Both the position numbers and the translations under genes were made by a program. 64,000 nucleotides of DNA from Oopsacas minuta (Eukaryota; Animalia; Porifera): NCBI GenBank assembly GCA_024704765.1, contig JAKMXF010000297.1, forward strand, positions 186,001 through 250,000. Direction: 5' to 3'. The notes below the pieces were generated by a model, which saw nothing but the letters and a program-made list of their open reading frames with translations, ran no database searches and was not told the origin of the DNA. Each line of letters begins with the position of its first letter. Positions within the stretch are counted from its first letter, which is position 1. Positions 55,266 through 64,000 of the stretch are shown here, piece by piece.

Positions 55266-58200
55266 TTATTCTTTCAAGCAAGAGACTGGAGAGATGTCTA
55301 ACTCTGTACATAACTTCTGCATCTCCTCGTGCATCGTATCAAGAGACCATTCCTATAATTAATATACATTCAGCATGCTGTAATACAAAACTAAAGGGTC
55401 CGACCAACTCACTTCAGTTTCATTCAGAGCACTATAGTTGTAGCGAGAGATTGGGTGGAATGGCACATCATGGAATTTCTCCAAGTACACTTTACAAGAA
55501 GTTGGATACTATGATTTTAAACAAACAAATTAGTAAAGATACAATGCTAAGAATATCAAAATAATATCATATTATATTACGTATATGAATTGTGCATTAC
55601 TTTACCTTAAGTTTCTGTAGCGGATCAGTCAGAAGCAAGAACTTGTGAACTCTTTCAACTCTAGGATCATCTCTATTGTTAAGCATCCATACACATAACC
55701 AGGGAAAGAAGTTTAGAGATATTCCACTGTAGCCATTAGCTCCTGCAGCTAGTGCTGATTTGAATAGCATACTCTGTCCAGTGTAGAAGCTATACAAAGA
55801 AATTTAAAGCAATACGGTTGCGTCATATACATAACTTACCCTAATCCTGATTGAGGAGTGTCATTAACAGTTTTGATAATCTCTAGCATAGTATTTCTGT
55901 CTGAGTGATTACACTTGTAATAAATGAACCTACGTGTAGATACCATCCACTCTACTATCATAGGGTTAAGCAGTCTATATAGTAATTATAATATTAGATA
56001 ATGTGTAGATATGATATGCATGTTATCTGACCTGATTTCAGGATAGGGTGTCTCATACACACCAAGAGGAATATCACCTGTGCCATCTACAATAGCTTGT
56101 GCATTCTTCAGCCATACTTCATCGCTCTATATTGAATTTGTATGTATTTGATTAAAAGGCATAATATTTATTGTATAAATATCTTACTTCGTCCATTCCG
56201 CAAATTTGATTAGTGATGAAAACCGCTGCAGAAGCGAAACCCTTGATACTATTAATAAACTCTATATGCTTCTCAACACCTCCATCGTATGTAGCTAATA
56301 AGATAGGAATAATTATAATATTAGTGTATAGATAATGACGTATTAGCAGTGTTCCCCACAGAATCTTTAGAAAGCGCTCATTTTTGGGATTGAATGGAGC
56401 TCTGTCGCTTATACATTATTAAACCCTATACAGTCTTAATATTCCGCAGCTAGATATTTTAAGCGCGTCATTTAGCGAGTAAAGCGCGTTAAAAGACGCG
56501 CTTTGGGGAAACACTGCATAATAGGATGCACTAACCCCCGACAACAACAGGAATTTTCTTGTTAGCTCTCTCACAAACTCTCTTTGCTATTTTGAATCTC
56601 TCCTCGTAACTCAGCTATTGAATAGTAAATAAAATAAATATACAAACACTTATAAGAGATAATTATAAATGACAACATTAACATACATTAAACATCTCGC
56701 TAGAGAGGCAGATTGAGAAGAGTCCATTCACCCCACAGCTTATGTACCAGTCAGTCAAAGCTATACAAAAATGATTGAGTGAATAATGTGTTTATGGAGA
56801 GGAGAAAAGTGTATCTCAATGATAATAGAAAAATAGATAAACCCAACATTCCATAGAGATTTCAGGTATATCATATAACAAACTGTGTAGGCTAACTGCA
56901 TAATTGAATATTAGGGAATAATTTATTTGTAGGGCATAGGAAAATAAGAAATGTATTTACAAATAATCATTCTTGCTTTTATTTTGGCAACCAATGGAGT
57001 CAATTCGGATGGATTAACATGCAAATTGGAGAAGGAAAATACAGTACTTGAATGTGTTCTACCTACAAAATATGATAAATTTGATGTTTCATCTCGAGTG
57101 GAGCCAGCATGGTTATTAGACAATCTACAAAGAGTCCACCTATTCGTGGGAACTACAGAATCACCATACGAGCCACCTAAAAATAGCAGTAGAATAGTGT
57201 ATCCTCAATGGAATCTGATGAAACAGGTTAATGAACTATCAATTCAGTTTAACTTGAAACAAGAACAAGAAGAGCTGTATATAAATTTAGATAATTTCCA
57301 GTACATTTCAAAGGACAGTTTCATGGGAGTAAATCTAATAAGACTCAATGTGTTGAGCAATAACCCTGAAGTAGCTATCGAAGTGAGTATGTTATCTAGT
57401 TTGAGTAAGCTGGTGAAACTATGGGTGGAGGGAGCCTCGATAAATGCACAAGGGGGGTGGGGTAATCTCCCAAGGATATCAGACCTGAAACTAGCTGGAG
57501 AGCAGATCGGTAGTATGGACTTAGGTTGGTTACCCTTGAGGGGACTAAAATATCTTGATCTCAGTCTGAGGGAAATTAAAGGGGTTAATAGAACAATTGC
57601 AAAAGAGATGCAACAACTACAAGAATTGTCACTAACAGTATCGAAAACACAGACACCAGATTGGAGTTTTATACAACTGCTAGTATTGCGATTACACGTT
57701 TTAAAGCTAGACGGGTTCGCATTAGGAGACCTCAGTAGTGTGGGCGGTATCTCTGAAAACTCAGCTGTACGAAACTTAACTCTGTCACATAGTCCAGACA
57801 CTCAACTTATCAAGGAATATACTTTCAGTAGTGAGGATTACATCGCAATTGAACTCAGTGGCATGAACAATCTCTACTATATAGAAGAGTTAGCATTTGC
57901 TGGAGCACGAAATCTGATCAACCTTACCATCACAGACATGTCAATTCTAACACAAATAACACAACCATTGGGAAGCGGGGCAACACCCAAATTTGTCCAG
58001 TTTACAAACAGTCCAAAGCTTTCTGAGATATCACGCTACATATTTCAAGAAATAAGGAAATATGACAAAAATATATTAAAGAGCGTTGACGTCAGAGGCA
58101 CAGAAATGGACTCCAAATGTACCTGCGAGGCATCGTACTTAGCTGCTATGCATACAAAATTGGATGTATCGATACTGTCAGATTGCTTGGATGAGTGGTT

Positions 58201-59510
58201 AAATGGAACGTGTAAACAAGATAACTGTTGGACCTTTGTAAAACAGTGCAACCATAGTTGTCATGCCAGGTCCGATCCTTTCTCATACAGGTGTTCTTGT
58301 AAATCTAAAGATAGAGATCTGGTACTACTACCTGATGGATATACATGTGGGTCATCAGAATCATGCACGTATAAATCGGAAAACATATATTATTGTTCAG
58401 AATACAATGCTGATTGTCATAGAGAAGAGGAGTATGAATGTATATGTAAATTTTATGAACTATGGAATCAAGCTGAAGAGTTATGTGTTATTGACCATCT
58501 TCTACCACTCAATACGACTGTTCATACAAAACACACGTTAATACCATTAGTAACGAATACTACTACTACTATAACTGCATTACCAATAGTAACGAATACT
58601 ACTACTACTACTATAACTGCATTACCAATAGTAACGAATACTACTACTACTACTATAACTGCATTACCAATAGTAACGAATACTACTACTACTACTATAA
58701 CTGCATTACCAATAGTAACAAATGGTACTACCAAGCCTTGGGTACCTTTAGTAACAAACTCTACAACGATCAGTGCTCACACACTTGATCCATTAGTGAC
58801 TACTAATGTTACTGGTAAAACATTACATCCTCAAACTAATTTCGTTACAGGAAAAACTTTCAGACCAGGTACACAGATAATCACCGATATGACGCTTGAA
58901 CCTTTAGTTACAAATCATACGGTAACTCAGATATCTATATCAACCAACAAAACTACTGTGTCAATAATACCAATAGTTCCCACAACTGATAATCAAGGCC
59001 TACACACACCAACAAAGGTCTTTATAGCAATAGCTATTTTAATCCCATTACTAGCGATAATATTCATTGTATTGATGGCAGCTTTCTGCTGTTACAGGAG
59101 GAAGAAAGGAGTACAACAGAGACAGTATGCTACCGGGTTAAGGAACAGTCCTTCTATTCTTGTAGATATTTGATAGAGGGTTTCTTACTTAAAACGGAGT
59201 TATGAATTTGAATGTAAATACCCGATATTAATGAGAATTAATTAAGGACTATATTAGTGATAATTATGTACGTATTCATGGCTACATTTATTTTAGTGTA
59301 TACTATAATGATACAGGACTCACCATCAAGCCCTTCGTAGTCAACCTCAGGCAGGTTGTCAGGAGAAGTGATCGGTTTGAAGGGAGTGAGCATCACAGGC
59401 CACACACCATCCAGTTCTTTAGCTCTGCTCATTCTTGTAGTTGTAATGGTTCTAATACCTATTAGTAAATGAGAGGTACTACGAATAGCTAGCCTCATAA
59501 TATGAGACAT
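55266..59510 (-). CDS. DapA/NAL-superfamily class I aldolase, 9 exons, mitochondrial-type leader
   Basis: Joined exons: GVWPVMLTPF..VDYEGLD|ALTDWYISCGVNGLFSICLSSEMFN|LSYEER..IPVVVG|ATY..AAVFITN|..PLGVYETPYPEIR|LL..RFIYYK..|..GANGYSGISLNF. Tyr-to-Lys spacing is 28 residues as in DapA. Stop at 55266-55268. Confidence 0.85.
56347..56516. mobile_element. hAT-type MITE, 170 bp, in aldolase intron 3
   Basis: CAGTGTTCCCCA ... TGGGGAAACACTG termini with a degenerate 8-bp target duplication (CGTATTAG / CATAATAG, 6/8). Confidence 0.6.
56951..59173 (+). CDS. Type I membrane LRR-EGF-mucin receptor, intronless, nested antisense in aldolase intron 1
   Basis: Signal peptide, LxxLxL repeats (LKYLDLS, LYYIEELAFAGARNLINLTI), CTC cap, two EGF-like modules (CSCKSKDRDLVLLPDGYTC), Thr-rich stalk, TM helix IAIAILIPLLAIIFIVLMAAF and a short tail. 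Confidence 0.85.
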   Translation: MYLQIIILAFILATNGVNSDGLTCKLEKENTVLECVLPTKYDKFDVSSRVEPAWLLDNLQRVHLFVGTTESPYEPPKNSSRIVYPQWNLMKQVNELSIQFNLKQEQEELYINLDNFQYISKDSFMGVNLIRLNVLSNNPEVAIEVSMLSSLSKLVKLWVEGASINAQGGWGNLPRISDLKLAGEQIGSMDLGWLPLRGLKYLDLSLREIKGVNRTIAKEMQQLQELSLTVSKTQTPDWSFIQLLVLRLHVLKLDGFALGDLSSVGGISENSAVRNLTLSHSPDTQLIKEYTFSSEDYIAIELSGMNNLYYIEELAFAGARNLINLTITDMSILTQITQPLGSGATPKFVQFTNSPKLSEISRYIFQEIRKYDKNILKSVDVRGTEMDSKCTCEASYLAAMHTKLDVSILSDCLDEWLNGTCKQDNCWTFVKQCNHSCHARSDPFSYRCSCKSKDRDLVLLPDGYTCGSSESCTYKSENIYYCSEYNADCHREEEYECICKFYELWNQAEELCVIDHLLPLNTTVHTKHTLIPLVTNTTTTITALPIVTNTTTTTITALPIVTNTTTTTITALPIVTNTTTTTITALPIVTNGTTKPWVPLVTNSTTISAHTLDPLVTTNVTGKTLHPQTNFVTGKTFRPGTQIITDMTLEPLVTNHTVTQISISTNKTTVSIIPIVPTTDNQGLHTPTKVFIAIAILIPLLAIIFIVLMAAFCCYRRKKGVQQRQYATGLRNSPSILVDI
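58544..58723 (+). repeat. Coding 39/42-bp tandem repeat (PIVTNTTTTTITAL), about 4.3 copies
   Basis: One 39-bp unit, three identical 42-bp units and a partial unit, each with an internal (ACT)n tract. Confidence 0.9.
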
Positions 59511-59575
59511 CTGGTTAGAAGATAGATGGATATGCCAATATTCATAGAATACATTATTTGTAAAATTATATGCTA

Positions 59576-59957
59576 GAGTAGAGTTCGTCTATTAGCAATT
59601 GCCTTATTAGCAAGATTGGCTTATTAGCAATTTTTTTAGCGTCACAAAAGGCCCAAATTGCATTAATTATGTTCCCTTATTAGCAAGTTCGCCTATAAGC
59701 AAGTTTTCTCATAAAAACACGACTTAATAATAACTTAATAAGGGAACCTTTAGTTCGTTAATTTGCAAGAACTCTTTAGGATATACACACACGTGTCCTA
59801 CAATACCCTTACACGTATTATATTATCACATACACGTATGTACATGTACATACTACAATAGTATTTACCAAATTGATTGAGTTGCTCTATTAGCAACTTC
59901 GCTTATTAGCAAGTTTTCTTGTGCAAAACCCGACTTGCTAATAAGCGAACTCTACTG
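59576..59957. mobile_element. pogo/Tigger-like MITE, 382 bp, with subterminal repeats
   Basis: TA|GAGTAGAGTTCGTCTATTAGCAA ... TTGCTAATAAGCGAACTCTACTG|TA, with about 7 direct copies and 1 inverted copy of TATTAGCAA. Confidence 0.7.
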
Positions 59958-60073
59958 TATATAAGAGATAGTAATTACAGAATGAGTGTAAATGAAAACA
60001 ATATTTACACCAATTACTCAGAATAAGAATAATTGCATCACATAAATATAAATGCTTAAAACAATCTCATAAA

Positions 60074-63000
60074 CTAAGAGAGAAGGAATAAATACTCTAG
60101 AGCAGTAGAGAGACTAGTTATTAGCTCTTTGTGTTTGCTCTGAGCACTGAGAATTCCTTTTATAGTTTCACAGAGTCGCTTGATACAGTCCAGAGTCTGC
60201 TTCTGGTCAGGACTAACCAACAGCTGACTGTCATATCTACGCTCCCATAGTCCCTCCACCCATTTAGAAGCTAAAGTAGGTAATTGTGATAGGAGGTATG
60301 TACTGTGTTGTGAAGATGTCTTACTGAATATCAGAGAGCCTAACCGCAGTCCTAATACAGTGACTAGATCCTCGCTAATAACATCTCTGTCAGTTAGTGT
60401 GAGTAGGATCTCCTCTCCTCTGTCATCCTGATTAGATGCGTACAATGACACTACGAGGTTAGCTCGTGTTTGCTCGGGGTCAATAGACAATAGATCACTG
60501 AGAGAGTATAGCTTGTCTAGTGAAGCAGAGTCCAGACTGAGGTGGATAGGGTCTGCATGATGAGATATTATGTGAGAGATGAATCGTTCTCTTTCCTTCT
60601 GTATTTCTGTGAACGGTCTGATTTCTTGTCCAACTCGTAGTTTAAACTCTCTCAATAACTCTCGACTGGATATAAGTGATAAAGGCCGTACAGACCTGAA
60701 GTTCAATGACACTACATACTCCAAACAACATAACAGAAGATACAGTCTCTCACAAGCTCGTAGTGTAGGAGGTTTCTGTGTGAATACAGCGTCTATCAAA
60801 CAGTATGCAGATGGATCTGATGGCAGACACAGTGATATCTCAATAGGAAAATCCTCCTGCATCTCTTTCTCACTGAGCAACTCAGAATTAGTGTGAATTT
60901 TCTTCATAGTTTTCTGTAGGATTTCTAATAGACTTTTAGTTTGAGAGACGAACTGTCTAACTGAGTCAAGATTCATTCCTAGAGTTTTTACTATGTTCTT
61001 CTCAGAAGGACAGCGACCTAACTTCTCTACCATTTGCACGAGAGCTTCCATCTGTTCCAGCACATACTGCTCCCAACACAGTATACATAATCCTTGTCTA
61101 AGAGGTAAAGATTGTACATAGAGTAGTGCATGCATTGCTCTAAACATAAAACTTATACTTCTGTTTAATTTCCAGTCTGTAAACGATTGAGCGATGGAAT
61201 GAGCTAGCAAGAGGTCTGAGGAGAGACAAAGGGGAAAATTCTCTCTGACTAGATTAAGGGAAATCATGACGTCATTCTTTTCACTTTCTCCCTCACACGC
61301 TACTAGACATTCAACAGGAAGTTTAACACAATTCAAATAACTAGCAACTTTATCAGAGAGATAGTGTCTACAGAAACAAGATTGTTCTCTAGCAGATAGT
61401 CTCACAGACCAACTGGATACACTCCCCCAAATACTATAAATAGAGATAAGAGACTGTAGTTGATCCACTAAATGCCCCCAGTGCTTGTCCTCCTCACTGA
61501 CTGGCTCCCATGTATCAGGGGAATCATCCTCTAGCACTATGGGAGCGGCCAATAGTCTACCTGCTAACACAGCTACTAGGACATGCCCCACTAGATAGCT
61601 ATTGGCACACTGAGCTCTATACTCCTCCCACATATCAGAGGGAGAGGGGGCGGAATTAATAATTCTAAGAGACTCATAGAATCTCTGAATACGCTCAATA
61701 CTTATATCAGGACCGCTTAGCCAGTATGTAAGCAAGAGGAATGTCAAATCCCTGACAGATATTCCTGACTCAATCAGAGCAGATTGGGTAGCCTGCTCAT
61801 CTGATGAGTTCTCGTTATCGTACAAGAACTGTCCAAGTCTTACCCTCTTCTCCTCATGTATACTAGATTTAAGAACCATAGCTTTATCCTTAATGTGGAA
61901 ACAAGACAGGAAGTTAACCAGTTTAAGAGCTTCTCTACCAACAGACACGGATTTATAATTTTGTAATATACTGAGGGTATTATTCAATTGCTCTTCATTC
62001 TCATCAAACAACAACATAAGGCGATCTTTTGAGGATATAGGATTAGAATTAATCAGCTGATTACCAGCTTGAGGTGTTAGACTGTCTGTCTCTTGATCAG
62101 GACGTAATACCATGTATACGTTCTGAGTTAGATTAGAATACTGCTTGAGGATACGTAGAAGAGTCTCTCTCTTTTCTCTGATGTCATCACTATCATTTTC
62201 TCCTCCCTCTTCAAGACTTAGTTTCCGTTTCTGTTTGTCAGTCAGCTGTTGAATGACCTGTAGAATATCAGAGGAGAGGAGACTATTACCACTCCTTAGG
62301 AGGGCGTGAAGTCCTGATAACAGATGGATAGGACTGTCTATAGCTAAGAGTATCTTCTCAGCTTCAGAGAAGTTAAATACAGGTCGTAGTAGAGTATTTT
62401 TGAATAACTTGAATAGAACCTAAAATATGATAACATTATGTATTAACTATCTAATATAATTTAGCTTACTGACCTCGTCTTGAGCTTGGTCTACTAGTGT
62501 AGGAGGTAGAGTGAGGTGGAATGGTACAATAATCTCCCTAACAACGCCTGAAGAATGTAATACAAATGTGGTAGCTAGTGGCGATGTGTAGCCCCTTGTT
62601 ATTTGACCTACCCTCCTCTGTTGCTGAATCAGCTGTCCTAGTCCTAAGATCCCGTGAGGTGTGTGTAACAAGCGAGCTCCTTTCCCAATAGTGAATGCAG
62701 CTATTCTAACACCTGACTGTGCAGGCCAGATTTCAAGAATTCCCCGTTTAGGCGCGTAAATAGCTAAAAATAGTCCCTCTCTCCCCAGTCCCTCTTCCTT
62801 ACATTGTATCCAACCACATTGTGCGTCCCTATACCCCTTCCATATCCGGGAGACTACTTTACGCCGAGTGTCTAGCAGAAGAACACGACCAAAGTTATCT
62901 GTAGCTACAGCTAGTACTCCTCTAGGGGATAGACTGATAGAAGAGACCTTACGAGGTGCATCGGATATATTAGAGTTAAGAGGAAGTCCTGTGGATCGGA

Positions 63001-64000
63001 GAATACGAGGAGGCTTCTTCTTAACTTCCTCTTTAGTACCTGAGGCTCCGTGTTCATTCTGGCCAAACCCAAGGGAAAGCCATCCTCCAGCTGATGAGAG
63101 TCTAGCACTTACAGCTGTCTTAACACGTGTAGCTACTTCTGCCACTATCTCAGATACATTAAGACTGTTTTGATCATTAATTAAATAGAATCCAAACATA
63201 GGGGTGCATCCCCCTGTCAAGAACTGTTCCTCTGGGTTAGCCACACCCCTCACCCTCTGCTCGAATCCACCCAGCACACAGGCGTCCTGCAGGTGGTCAA
63301 ATAGAGACGGAACAACTACACCCAGATAGACAACGTCATTAATATCTTTAGCATCCTCGAATCTCCATTTTCTATGCTCTAATCCGGTTAGATTATTGTT
63401 ATTATTGGCGCCATCAGCTGATACAGAGCTTGTTCTGCAAGACATAGCTAATGCAGATCCTGATATACTCACTACAGCTGTATTGTACAGTAGTAGAATG
63501 CTCTCTTGATCGGATAGAGGGACACGGGGATTGGTACTCACGGCGAGACAACTTGTGAAACATCGTAGCTTCCTAACAGGCTCCTCGTGTAATAGCTGTT
63601 CAAATAATAAGATAGCCTCGTCAGAGTATACCCTCAAGAAACCGGAAGTGAAGCCTACAGCAAACACATCTGTTAATATTGGCTCTCCCTCTGCCTGGAC
63701 CCCTCCCTCTCCATTACGAGTAGTAGTCGGTAACAGAAGTGTTAGAGCTATAGCATCAGTAGATTCATCTCCTGGATCTTCTGAGTCAGCTGATATTAAA
63801 GGTTGAGCTTGTGCATGGATGTTATATGAAATACTATAAGGTCCGTCTCGAGCTCCCGGACAGGACTTGAGGATTAAGATGTGTCGGGATGACAGGAGAG
63901 CTAGGTACTTCCTGTTAGGTGAAAATAAGAGGAGACTCTTCTGGATAAGGGATGAATCCCCAGGACTAGGGTACTGTAGTTCCCATGGACCGGTTGTATC
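60074..64000 (-). CDS. RAB3GAP2: Rab3 GAP non-catalytic subunit, 5' end outside the window
   Basis: AVGFTSGFLRVY, SISLSPRGVLAVATDNFGRVLLLD, IWKGYRDAQCGWIQ, FLAIYAPKRGILEIW. One short intron near 62420-62473. Frame is open to position 64000. Confidence 0.92.

Noticed and set aside
58544-58723. CRISPR-like interpretation of the 42-bp repeats (also the CTD and 10-bp arrays)
   Set aside because: The repeats are contiguous without unique spacers, two arrays are in-frame coding, there are no cas genes and the DNA is eukaryotic.

Overview
This is eukaryotic, AT-rich, very gene-dense DNA with a metazoan gene set. Most introns are about 40-100 nt and many genes have none. That style suggests a compact non-bilaterian genome such as a sponge, which is an inference rather than an identification. 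Joining GT-AG exons by hand gives about 25 genes: DDX3/PL10, an alpha/beta hydrolase, CCDC96, a double ADF-H actin binder, a rhodanese, an orphan polytopic membrane protein, MCU, DPH3, CAPN7, CDC6, ZNFX1, SERP1, an orphan, PPP6C, RPB1, PYM1, MGMT, AIMP2, two Mu-class GSTs, MCM8, an AIG1/GIMAP GTPase, NAA35, a DapA-family aldolase, an LRR-EGF-mucin receptor and RAB3GAP2 (5' truncated). Several MITEs are also present. Highlights: (1) three host/nested gene pairs, in which every intron over 1.6 kb holds a complete intronless gene (CDC6 in CAPN7, a GIMAP-like GTPase in MCM8, an LRR receptor in the aldolase); (2) an otherwise clear MCM8 that has lost the Walker A lysine and the sensor-II arginine, making it a candidate pseudo-ATPase; (3) a ZNFX1 split by a -1 frameshift and ending in an RZ finger without the putative catalytic Cys; (4) a bacterial-type class I aldolase with 8 introns and a mitochondrial-type leader. 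No database searches were possible. Exon boundaries were read by eye and may be off by a few nt.
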